Below are positions 28,960 through 41,121 of a stretch of 64,000 bases of DNA, piece after piece. The notes beneath the pieces were generated by a model. The model ran no database searches, had not been told where the DNA came from, and was given only the letters and a program-made list of their open reading frames with translations. The DNA is from Octopus sinensis (lineage: Eukaryota): assembly GCF_006345805.1 (NCBI RefSeq), contig NC_043006.1:75702001-75766000 (forward strand), in the 5' to 3' direction. Each line of letters starts with the position of its first letter. Within the stretch, counting starts at the first letter, position 1. The position numbers and the translations under genes were made by a program.

Positions 28960-30590
28960 ACAACACAATACAGTGGGGTACATAAAACAAAAATCCAATA
29001 AATATGAATATAGTGATATAATGAGAAAACGGAAATGTCTTATTTGCGCCCCATTTAACAGTATATGCAGTTCATGTTCGTATGCACTTTATGGTTCTAT
29101 TTTTTTAAAACACATTTCAATTATACATATTTTACTTACGATTTTCATCGACAAAGTATTGCACAATGTCTTCGAATGCCATCACTGGTGGCAACTCGTC
29201 ACATCTAGACCACAACGCCGTTTCATCAATCCGCTCACCGAACAATTCTTTCAATTTATCCGCTCTATCACTTTCCAGCAAAACTGCTCTATCGTGCTCT
29301 GTATATTCACTTCCTGTTATCTTAACTCTTATAACATTTGTCTGTTTCTATACTCTTTATGTATTCCACCATTCTCCTCAAATTTCTTCTTTTCGCTTCC
29401 TCTTTCCAATTTCCATTTCCATTCTCTCCCGATGTTCCTGGTACTTGTGTATCCATCTTACTGCCGCTCCACGTTGTTGCTTCCTTTCCTTTCTGCATGC
29501 TTTCTTTTTCGTTTGCTCTCTCTTTTGCAATTTTCTTTTTTGATTCTTCTGCATCTTCTATCTGCATCTCCTCCGAATTGCATTTTCTCTTTTTTCTGTG
29601 GGCTTTTTGGAGACAATAATGCATTTCCTCCCTCTTTTTCTTTCTCTTTCCGATTGGATGTTTCGCTTCTGTTGCTTCCATTACTTCCTTTACCTGGCCT
29701 TGCGCCGCCACACCTTGCTCCTCCTGCTCCTGGTCTACCCCCTGTTCCACTTCTTGTTTTTTGGGACAACTCGTTTACATGTGACCCCGTGCTCCACAGT
29801 GGTAGCATTTGTCCTCCGGTAACACAATGGTAACACAATCTCATCCACACTTTTTTGCAGATCCGGGACGCTGATTTGGACGGTCACCGCAAGGCCGTAT
29901 CCAAACCAGTTCACTTCCGTTGTCCTCGTGACCTTCAAGACATTGGTTTCCTCCTCGGCGTTGAAGATGATTGCCGCCACTAGCCATGTTTCATCAATTT
30001 CTGGGAGTACTCTGCTAATCCTAATTCTGGCCGTACGTTTTCCACAATAGGTCGGCAGCAGTGCCCACTCATCCGATCTTAATGGCACAGTGGAGCAATT
30101 TATGGCGTCTTCTGTCGTAAACCGTACCTCCACTGTGCTGTACTTCTTGTCTCTGGTGTAGTACGTGGTAAGGTGTTTCACCTCCTTGAGGCACTCCTCA
30201 GTTTCTTCAATGCTTGCTAATTCAATCTTTTTGCTGCTGCTCGACAGTGTTCTATAAACAACCGTTTTTTCTCGCTATTTCTTCCAATGTTTCTTTTGGA
30301 TGGGTCAGTCTCAGGCTGTTTCCTTCTTTAACAATTAGCTCATTAGCTTTTCAAAGTCTTCTTTCGTCTAACCTGACTTCCTTGTCTTGTACAACGTCGC
30401 TATTTGCACACCTTCCTGCTGCTGTAGCATAGCTAACGGCTGGCTAAGTGTGCCTAGCTTCGTTGGTTAATATAAAAATTGTCAGAAATTGTCTTCACAA
30501 ATTTACAATTCAATAAATAATTTGCAGAAATTATACAAAAATTCACGATAACAGAACAGGAAACGAACTCACATACTGCAGGTAATAACT
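28960..30590 (-). mobile_element. ORF1/gag-only retro-element, copy 1 (decayed)
   Basis: Minus strand SYATAAG..ARKTVVYRTL..EECLKEVKHLTTYYTRDKKYSTVEVRF..NWFGYGLAVTV, then a CCHC knuckle CYHCGARGHM*TSC (29766-29807), a K/E-rich linker and a C-terminal block ending ~29160. No endonuclease or RT follows. Boundaries are approximate. Confidence 0.7.
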
Positions 30591-30749
30591 TAAAACAACA
30601 CCGTGTCGTAGACTAAAAAGGATGGCTTGGTAGCTTAATTCTATATTACTGGCATAAGGCCTAATTACAGAGAGGACATACAAAGACATGCGGGAACAAA
30701 AAGTACGTGAAAGGATGAATGTGAAATTAATAAAATTACAATGCAAATG

Positions 30750-32643
30750 AGAGGGCCATCTCGCTCCCGCTGCGAGATGAATCCGCGGATTCTTTTCCCT
30801 TTAAACCTTTACCGACGTTTTTTTGCTTCGGTGCGTTTTTTTTTGTCGGTTGAATTGTTTTGTGCTGCTTTACAGCGGTGTTTGTGTATGACGCCACCAT
30901 TGTTTGGTGAGCATTGCTGAGATGGAGAAGATGAAGACATGTGCGACAGCGACAAGGATTCTGGCGTCCGTCGTCCCGGACCTGCTGAAGCAATACGAGA
31001 TACATTGAAATGAAGACATGGCTAAGAAATTTGGAAAATATCTAGAGATGGTACAGAAATTACGTGAGTCAACCCCATCAGAGGAGGAAAAGGCGAAAAT
31101 AGAAATTACGGTGGTGGAATATAAATCATTTTCAAATAAAGAATGGAGAGCGCAACGAAGGAGGATGTGTAGGAGTGTTTGAAGGAAATGAAGGATGTGT
31201 CGTTTTTCGCAAGAGGCAAGACATACGCGTCTGTAGAGATCACATTTGTATCGGAAGAGGCTGCAAGGAAATACACCAATGAGACGTTAACTGGTGGAAA
31301 TCGGATGCTCTTTCCCAATCTCCTGGGTAGACGTCCACACGGAAAATAGAGCTGGAATGGGTAATGGCAGTATTTTTTTCTGGAAAAAAGGAAGAAGTAG
31401 GGGTAGTTATGATAACCAGAACCCAACAAATAAATTGTTGGGGGTATGGTTTGGAGGTGGTTTTCACGGCAAGTCAGGCAATATACGATACTATACTGGA
31501 GACACTGGAACTGCCAATCGAGGAAAAGCGGGATACAATGTTGGAAGGGAGTCCTGCAAAGTGCTATGAATGAGACAAAAGAGGTAGCCTTAGAAGGTGT
31601 CCAAAAATAATGGAAAACAGAAATGAAAACGTTAGAAGGCGTGATAGAGGAGAAGAAACAAAGCAAGAGGACCAGAGAGCTGATTTTGAGGAAGCTAAGT
31701 CAAGGAAGCGAGAAAGGAAGGGCTCATCGCCAAAATTTGAACAATAAAAGAAATATAAATCACAAGATCTAGTGGGATCACCGAGGAAAGAAGATTAAAG
31801 CAGAACATCACCAAACAGACGGATTCACAGGCGCATAAACACACAGACATACATACACACGGAAGCGTGAAAGATAAGATAGAGTTGCAAAGACCAAAAA
31901 AACAAATAACCTGAAAGCACAGACACACAGACATAATATGCAGATCCACATACAAATAAACACACATACATACAGCTACAAATAAATATGCAAGAACAGA
32001 CACATGATAGTACAGAGTCACAAAAACAAAAAAGAATAGATGTACAGACGCAAGAGCTACACAGGAACAGAATATATTTGATAAAATATCGGTCGACACA
32101 AAAAAAATAGAAAGGAAAATAAATGAAAGACATTGTTAAAGTAGACCTCTCGGAGTGTTATGATAAGGAGACGAGCAGGATTTTAATGGAAAAAGATAAT
32201 TATAAAAAATTAAAAGAGGCTTTCTCATCAGATATAAAGCCATTGGGGACCGAGGTGAATTTCGAACCCAGCGCTCCAGTGGTGAACTATGGGGAAATTA
32301 AGAACTATATAAAATGGTAAGTAGAGTTTTATGTTGTAAAGAACTGTTGAGTTAATTGTGAAAAGAACTTTTGATGTTTAAATAATTTTGAAAAGACTGC
32401 TGAGATAATTGTGAAAAGATGTTTTTAAAAATGTTGAAATAATTGTGAAAAGAACTTTTGATGTTGAAATAATTTTGAAGTTTTGAAATAATTGAAATAA
32501 AGTAACAACCCCGGAGCGGGGCTGGGGTGGCCGTTCCTTCTTCATTGTATAATTTCACTATTCCATTCTTTCATGTGTTGATGGTCCCCGCATGTGTGTA
32601 TTGTCCCATCTATATTTTAGCCCCTTGTTGGTAATAAATAAAT
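30750..32643 (+). mobile_element. ORF1/gag-only retro-element, copy 2 (decayed), head-to-head with copy 1
   Basis: ATG at 30922 (MEKMKTCATAT). ECLKEMKDVSFFARGKTYASVEITF..INCWGYGLEVVF..EGSPAKCYE* aligns with copy 1. C-terminal ORF 32123-32320. The 3' end is tttagccccttgttggtaataaataaat. Confidence 0.7.
32341..32480. repeat. Degenerate ~23-31-bp minisatellite in the 3' UTR of copy 2
   Basis: Repeated taattgtgaaaagaacttttgatgtt(g/t)aaa motif. Confidence 0.75.
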
Positions 32644-33375
32644 CAGTTGCAAAATTTACTTATTTTTCTTTTTTTTTTCTATAAAAAGTTCAAACAAATA
32701 TTTCACTCAGTTACAGTCTTTACAAATTTATATCGACTTACCTATTCTGTCTCTTACAATGTCTTTCAATTTTGCAATCTTTACGTTGGGGTGTCCTATC
32801 TCACTATAATTTTCCTTTTGTTTGTGTTTTTCATGTGGTTGCGTCTATGTGTCTGTGTTGTTCTTTTGACTGCAACTCTACCTGTTTCGTCTGTGTGTCT
32901 CTCTCTTTAGGTTTCCGTAATTATGGTTGTCCTGTTTCTGGTCTGAATGATTCTGTACTTGTAATTCATTTACTGCTACTTCTATTGGTAAATTTTGTCC
33001 ATTTGTCGTCGTGGGCTGGGTCTCCTCTTCCATTCCTTTACACTTCTTCAATCCCACTGTCGTCGGTGACACCCTGGGTTTCACCTCCGCAAAATTCCCG
33101 CCATGTTCTGCTTTCTGTTTCTGCTCTTTATCTACCATTTTTTCCTCCTGAACACTCTCCGAATAAATCAATAGGCAATGCGGATGATTTCATTAGTTAC
33201 TGTAGCGCTGTCTCTCAGTTTAAAACGAGTTTCAAAATTGTCTTAACGTCTCAGCTACATTCTGTTAACTAGTCATCTGTAATAAGCAGTATTTAGTAGG
33301 GTGCTCTCAGAGTGCTGGCACAGCCGTCTCTTTGAATCTGGAATGACAAAAGTGACAGCTTATTAATTGAATTCT

Positions 33376-33672
33376 TTTTTCTTTTATTTGTTTCAGATAT
33401 TTGACTATGGCCATGCTGGAGCACCGACTTTAGTCAAACAAATCAACCCCAATAAACACACACACACAAATTCACACACACATACATACATGCATATATA
33501 ATACATACATATATATATATGATGGGCTTCATTCAGTTTCCGTCTGCCAAATCCACTCACATGGCTTTGGACGGCCCGAGGCTGCAGTAGAAGACATTTT
33601 CCCAGTGTGCCACGCAGTGGTACTGAACACGGAACCATGTGGTTGAGAAGCAAACTTCTTACCACACAGCCA
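33376..33672 (-). mobile_element. SINE family B (internally deleted)
   Basis: ggccatgctggagcaccg..aaatccactcac..gtgccacgcagtgg..accacacagcc. Confidence 0.85.
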
Positions 33673-33674
33673 AT

Positions 33675-34060
33675 AATGGCTTCAAACTTTGGCACAAGGC
33701 CAGCAATTTCGGCCGAGATGTAAGTCAGTTAGATTGACTCCATCGCCTTCCACCAGTGCTCAACAGGTACTTACTTTATCGACCCCGAAAGGCTGAAAGG
33801 CAAAGTCGACCTCGGTGTTATTTGATCAAAGAGCATAATGACGGACGAAATGCCGCTAAGCATTTTAACCGGCATGCTAACAATTTCGTCAACTCACTGT
33901 CTTAGATGAACTGTAATAATATACTAAAATCCGCCGAGATCGACTGTGCGTTTCATCCTCCGAGATCGATAAAATAGTTACTAGTTGAGCCCTGGGGTCG
34001 ATGTAATTGACTAATTCCCTTCTCCGAACATCCTGGGCTTGTGCGAAAATTTGAAATCAA
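33675..34060. mobile_element. Two SINE family A (tail 2) copies in opposite orientation
   Basis: Minus copy 33675-33900 (gaaaggcaaagtcgacctcgg) and plus copy 33925-34060 (ccgccgagatcgac..ctggggtcgatgtaattgact). Confidence 0.8.
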
Positions 34061-34212
34061 TAACATACTAAAAATACAATAAACTAGGATAATTAAAATT
34101 GCCTTTCCTAAAAGAAAGTTTCAACTCTCAGAGCCTCTGGAAAGTATCTTTTATGCATACATAAATACATGCATGTATGCATACATACTTCATATAGGTA
34201 TATATATATGTG

Positions 34213-34280
<68 letters not shown>

Positions 34281-34468
34281 TTGATAGTTATCGCCAAGCT
34301 AACATGGCAGTCCAGAAAAATAGGACAAATGCTAGCTTGGTGATAGCTATCAATATCCAGTACTGCTGCCGTAGTCTCCTTTAGAGAAATTTAGAAATAT
34401 TAATATATATATATTTCGTTTTGGGATTTGGTTTGCAAGATTCTTTGTATAAGTTCGTCTGTTGAAGC

Positions 34469-34751
34469 ATATTCTGTTGTATCTGGAGAAAGTCATTTTC
34501 TTTTTCTGCCTTATAATATAACACAGTCACTGGTAAAATTTCCACTTTTTTCTTATTTTTATTGTCTTAAAATTTTCGTTGCGTCTTACAACATTTTCCA
34601 TAGTTTTGACTCAAAACTATGGAAAAGGTTGCAAGACGCAACGAAAATTCTAGGACAATAAAAATAAGAAAAACGTGGAAATTTTACCAGTGAGTGTGTT
34701 ACATAATAAGGCACAAAAAGAAAATGACTCTCCCCAAACACAACAGAATAT
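34469..34751. repeat. 283-bp near-perfect palindrome
   Basis: 141-bp arms centred on C34610 (tagttttga-c-tcaaaacta), with scattered mismatches. Confidence 0.92.
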
Positions 34752-37264
34752 ATATATATATATACATATTATTCATATATACATGAGAATATGTTTACTA
34801 AGGGTAATTCAATTAACAGTAATACGCTTTCAGACCAAAATAGCAAGGCTAAGAAAATAGTCCATAACCTGAGGCTGATTTATCCTTATTTACGAAGTGA
34901 GTGTTCCCTGAAAACTCCAGACCAGAGACTTACTCTACCCCTTTTATTCGTTGCACCAGTAATAAGTATTAAAATTCTGTTCTTAAACTATAGAGCTTTC
35001 TGTTAACCATTTAATATCATATTGCGCGACAGACCTTTCAACCTTCCTCAATTCACTATGATCTCATAAACGATGCAAGAATACATAATTTACCTTTCCC
35101 CGGATCTGATTTCGCCGACAAAATCACGTCATGCTCGTAAATACACGATAATGTTCATCATTTCAAACGAGATTAAAAGCGCAATAACATCCGAAGATCC
35201 TATTCTCTCGTCTCAGAGCAACGTTATATGCTACTAACTTAAGTTGTGATCTATGGATCACCGAATGCAAAAGAACATTTCCCTTTCTTCTGTAATATTT
35301 TATTCATTTATTCTTGCTTGATTCAACATTTCATCCATTAGAAAGAGTGACCGGATTTAATGTTCGCCTCGCTTTATGTTGGTACCATAGCAATCTTTGA
35401 TCCCCCTCACAATTAAGGAAGCACTTCATTATTTTTATCACTTCAGTTTTGAAGAAACAGCTTTAGTTTTTTTTCATACATCTCATATACAATGAACATA
35501 TGTGTGAGAAAACTTAATTACTGCAAAATAACAACAACAACAATAAGAAGAAGAACAACAACAGCAATAATAATAACAACAAATATGATAAATGAAATAA
35601 AGTCATGACAAGATGTTAATAGGTAACTAGAAAGGAAGCCCATATCAACGACTTACTGAACAATAAATACATTTTGATCTTTTAAATAACATATAATTGT
35701 ATTTCGAAGTTGACAAAGAAAACCAACAAAAGCTTCAATGGTTCTATACTGAAAATTCTATAAGACATAGTAATTTGGCCTCAGCCCAACACTATCACAA
35801 GAATTCAAATATGACAAATGTCTGTTGTCTTTTCTTAGTAGATGCCAAATTTTCTTTGATTCTTTAATCATGAAATCGATTTTTGCCAAGGACAACTGTT
35901 GTTGGAAGTTGTAATGAGTTTGTAAGAAGAAGTGTAGCTCTGTTTTTCCAGAGACATACAATTAAATTTGGCACTACCACATTAGAATCGATGTTTTCTA
36001 ACCAGCAGCTGTAAGAAAATCAAATCATACTAGCAGCTACTTTACTGAAGAAAGTTTCTTATCATCACTATGTTAAACAAATTGATTGGCCTTACAACAA
36101 TGTTTGCAAAAATATATGCTGTTTATTGTTATTTACTTCTTTAAAACATCCAATATCATTTGTTTAGAATACAGAGGACAGATCCAAAGAAAAGATACGA
36201 AACATTTTTTTTCCTTGAATTCTGACCAGAATTAGTATTCTTCCTATATCGGCTTTAATCACAAATGAATTTGTTTAGCTCTCCAAAAATAAGTGGCCAA
36301 ACCACTGAATAGCTTATAGTTATCTCTTTGCTTATTGCTAAATGGAAATTGACGCAGATGTTTCTGTCCAAATGCATAAAGAATGTTAGTAATTGACTAG
36401 TTTCTCTCATTCATTTCTTTGTATTACACACTCTATTGTTGACTAGCGCTTGGAAATACTTTGGTAATAGATATTTAAAGAATATTATTTAATATAAATA
36501 ACAATGTGAAAATGTGATGATAATACAGGTCGCACATTAATATATTAAATAAATCCTTTATGATATGCAATCAAGGATAAATATGTTTTGATATAGACCT
36601 GCAGAAACGTTCTCTGTCGTTATAAACAAATATGTAACTTCTGCTTCAAGCAATTTCTTTGACAACATTCAATAATATTCAATTATGCAATACATCAATG
36701 TTTTTATCCGATTTTTATAATCGTCAATTAACCGATAATGAAAGGGATTCAATAAAGAAAATAAATGTTTACCTTCAAAGAAATATTTATCACTTATTGT
36801 TTGAAACTTTCAGCAAACAGTGCATCCAGGGTAGTCTTACAAGTATTAGATATACGATATTGTACAGTGAATAAAAACTATTATTCTTTTAGAAGAGAAC
36901 TCCCCTTCATCGAATTCCCTTTCCAATGAAATTAACATGTGTTATACCATAATGGGTCTACAAAATTTCTGGCATCTCTATCCGATATAGAAATACCTTA
37001 GACAAACATATAAGAGTCGCACCAGATATGTCATAAACGTATTTCTTTAAAACATTGAAACATTTTATTTAAAACAACAACGCTTTCTGTTTTTCTTTCA
37101 TGACAAAATGTTCCTTATCTACAATTTCATTATATACAATTTCAATAATTTAGCACCAACGAGATTTATAATTCGCATTGATGTATATTCTGTAAATTAT
37201 AAAGAAATATGTAATCTTTATCGACTTATTTTCTGCAAAATATCAACAATAAATATCTTTGAAT

Positions 37265-37575
37265 TATCAGGAAGCACTCCGTCGGTTATGACGACGAGTG
37301 TCCCAGCTGAAACGATCAACGGAACAGCTTGCTCGTGAGATTAACGTGCAACTGGCTGAGCACTCCATAGACATTCATTCTCCTTTTTACATATTTCTCT
37401 GGGAGATTCCGCGTGACACTGAGTATGACAAGCTTGGGCCCTTGAAATACAGGTACTACTCATTTTTGCCAGCTGAGTGGACTGGAGCAACATGAAATAA
37501 AGTATCTTGCTCAAGGATACAACGCGGCACCAGGAATCGAACTCGCGACCCTACGATCGCCACTAAGCCGCTTAC
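37265..37575 (-). mobile_element. SINE family C (tRNA head, V-like tccttgagcaag motif)
   Basis: Minus strand B-box gagttcgattcc, then gcgttgtatccttgagcaagatacttt. The 3' part is shared with 18205-18323. Confidence 0.8.
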
Positions 37576-38154
37576 CTTTCACGTATCAATGCCCAGAAAA
37601 CTGTATAGACTGCTGTGTTTACGTTGTAATCGGTATATCTATTACAAGAAAATTCACATGTACAGATTGTAATATGTATAGAATTTAAGCATAAGATTCT
37701 ACGTTGTCTATATCTCAGATTGAATTAGCTGTACAGCAAATGTTCAGAGATGTGACTTAAAAGAGAGATTTTTCAGTTGTTATGGGCCGTTTCAGTTACA
37801 CTTGTCAACGATTCTCAAATTAATCGTGACAATGTCTGGGGATATGTCTGAATAAGCGTATGGTGAATTGTGTGTGCATGTGTGTGTGTGTGAGAGAGAG
37901 AGAGCGAAAGAGAGAGAGAGAGACAAGGAGAGTGAGGGAGAGAATACTACGAGAGCAACATTCAATCAGCGTAAACACATGTTCATTTGAAATCTAATTG
38001 ACTTATTACAGTATTTGTTATTGCTAATGTATTTAATCCACTAATATTCTCTTGTCAATGCTGAGTGCAAATACGTTTTTAACTGACCGAAATGTGTTGA
38101 AAATAATAAAACTCAGTGAATACGTAATCGACAATTACATTTATTGTCAAATTC

Positions 38155-39172
38155 AGTAGTAGCTGTGTTAAGAAGTTTGCCTCCCAGCCTTATGATTCTG
38201 GGTTCTGTCCCATAGTGTACCACTTTGGGAGAGTGTCATCTACTATAGCCTCAGTCCGATCAAAGACTTGTACGTGAATTTGGAAGACGGAAACTGAAAG
38301 ATTCCGTCTTTCAGTAAGGCGGCGAGCTGGCAGAAACGTTAGCACGCCGGGCGAAATGCTTAGCGGTATTTCGTCTGCCGTTACGTTCTGAGTTCAAATT
38401 CCCCCGAGGTCGACTTGGCCTTTCATCCTTTCAGGGTCGATAAATTAAGTACCAGTTACGCACTGGAGCCGATGTAATCGACGTAATACCTTTGTCCGTC
38501 CTTGTTTGTCCCCTCTATGTTTAGCTCCTTGTGGGTAATAAAGAAAAAGATATTTCGTCTGCCGTTACGTTCTGAGTTCAATTTCCGCCGAGGTCGACTT
38601 GGCCTTTCATCCTTTCAGGTTCGATAAATTAAGTACCAGTTACGCACTGGAGTCGATGTAATCGACGTAATCCCTTTGTCTGTCCTTGTTTGTCCCCTCT
38701 ATGTTTAGCTCCTTGTGGGTAATAAAGAGAAAGGTATTTCGTCTGCCGTTACGTTCTGAGTTCAATTTCCGTCGAGGTCGACTTTACCCGTCATCCTTTC
38801 CGGGTCGATAAATTAAGTGCCAATTACAAACTGGGGTCGATATAATCGACTTAATCTCTTTGTCTGTTCTTGTTTGTACCTTCTATGTTTAGCCCCTTGT
38901 AGGCCATAAAAAAATAAGGAAACTGAAAGATTCCCGTCATATATATCTATGTCTATATCCACATGTGTCTTGTGTTTGTGTTTGTCCCTCACCATCTCTT
39001 GACAACCGTTGTTGGTATGTTTACGTCCCCGTAACGTAGCGGTTTGGCACAAGCAGCCTATAGACTAAGATTTTATAAAAAAGTTCTGGAGTTGATTAAT
39101 TCGATTAAAATTCCTCAAGGTAGTGCCCCAGAATGGCCGCACTCTAATGACTGAAACAATTAAAAGATAAAA
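38155..39172 (+). mobile_element. Old SINE family B copy interrupted by a family A trimer
   Basis: The 5' half runs to 38308 and the 3' half resumes at 38918, continuing the family B consensus. Confidence 0.85.
38316..38917 (+). mobile_element. SINE family A trimer with ~20-bp TSD
   Basis: Head plus three ~185-bp units. TSD ggaaactgaaagattcc(c)gtc at 38289-38308 and 38918-38938. Confidence 0.92.
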
Positions 39173-40639
39173 TATGTTAACAGAATTTGCATAACATAAT
39201 TAAAAAATAATCTTTTCATTATTTGGTTTAAAATTTGCTTCATTAGTTTCTTCTTCAATGAGTTGTGATCTTATGCGCTAATATCTGCTCTCCATAAACC
39301 TATGAGTTTTGCAGTGCCCTTTCATTTTGAAATATCTCTGACATATCCTTCTTTAAGATGTGTTTTCAATTTCGTGTTAATCTGTCCAAGCTCCCCGCTT
39401 TCCTTCTCACTATTGTGTAGCACAGGGACAAATTGCCTGTTGACGATATTTTGTCGTTCCCTTACTAACGTTCATTTGCTGTAACCAAGAAATATATGAC
39501 ATATCTGAAATATATAAATTCATAACGGCATTTATCATAATAATGATTCGGTCTTGAAGGGAGCCCAGCAGAATAAGATCGAAATACATTGTCGCTAAGC
39601 TTATGAAAGATCATTATATATTTCCTTACCGATATGTCTGTCTATTTAAAATGTCAATTAATAGGGTGTTGCTGTGTTATCGCATTCTTTCGATTTCGAT
39701 TTCGGTTTGTCACACTTGCCTTTGGTCGACTAAATCGTTGATATGTGTTCCTTTCTCTCCCATACGAGTTTAGCTTTGTTTATTTAATTTTATCTTGTTT
39801 TCTGCCATATCAAATGTGTTAAGTCTTACTATTCATAAATTGTTTTGTTTCGTAATTGTACTTTCTGAGTAGAACTTCTGCGTTAGACAACTTTGATTTG
39901 TATCTCTCGGTGGTCTTTAAAATAACCAATACTAATGTACCATAATTGACTCAATCGGCTTCGTCTGAAAAGATTTGGCCTTCTGCCCAGTCAAAAGAAA
40001 TATATATTTTCTTAATCAATGTTATTAGCTGACAAATGTTATTAGAAGTTATCCGGTAAGGTAACCTGTTTCAGAATATACTAAGTGCTCTGTGTTGTAA
40101 ACGGCTCACGAAGCAGTTTTTAAGTTTTTGACTGATCATATAATAAAACTTCGATCAAAAGTGACCCATCATATAGTCTTCAGAAAAACTTACTATTGAG
40201 AGACCCGCTACAAAGTTCGGGAAATTGGTAGAAATCGTATCCAAATCTTCCTCAAATCATGTCCTACTGCCGCAAGAAAGGGCACATTGGATATGCCCAG
40301 TCGTCCAAAATTAGTCTGATACGTTCAAAGCTGTTAAATACCTGCTCAAGCAGGCTGAGGTGGACTCAGCGACCACGCATCGATAAAATCTTTGCCTAGA
40401 TTGTAGACACTACTGTTTTACAAAAGGGTGGACACATTAAATAATATAGTAACAGATGCATTATGCCTGAAAAGAGAAAATAATATCGGAAGTGTTGTTA
40501 GTACTGGATTATACCTGGAAATAATTTAGCTGATTAAAAGTAAATATGGGACATCACACTAGCAGCAGTAACGTAGATCATCTACGTTATCAATTTAACT
40601 CATAGAAATAATATTCATATGTTCTGCAATTGACATCTC

Positions 40640-41100
40640 TTTTTAAACATGGTTAGCTTTCTGTTCTAGACTGTTTTTACTACTTGCAGATCTGGAGCAA
40701 AAGGCAGTACTCATGGTCTTCGCAACCCCAGCAAGATGAATGAGAATGGCGCTGTTGAATTTCTCCTTAAAAACTGTTGCTTCATCATCTGCAGAAAATA
40801 CAAAGACCTGCAGGGAAGTGCAGACGATCCACATTTCGCGGATGAAGGACTTGGGGTGTAGTTTTTAATGTAGGGATGAGGGAGTTAGGCACAACATTAT
40901 TGATGAAGGGATGAGGAAAATTTGGGTGAGAGGACGAGTACGTCCGAAGTGCTTAAGTAGAGGTGTAGCGAAAACATCCAGCACCAAAGAACAAAGGCAA
41001 TTGTAATGGCCATAGAAAAGGGGGGAAGAGGAGATAAGGCATCTGATCTGAACAAAAGCATGATCAGAAATTGGACACTTCGTCGATCAAGGATCATCTC
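40640..41100 (-). mobile_element. Possible decayed LINE ORF2 fragment (endonuclease-RT linker)
   Basis: SDHAFV-like and HLAGVAKTMSTAFCS..LEQKANHV segments resemble SDH and KAxLF motifs. Weak. Confidence 0.35.
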
Positions 41101-41121
41101 AGGTTAAACAACAACGACAAA

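Noticed and set aside
28973-29833. 286-aa hydrophobic plus-strand ORF
   Set aside because: Antisense shadow of the purine-rich minus-strand ORF1-like frame.
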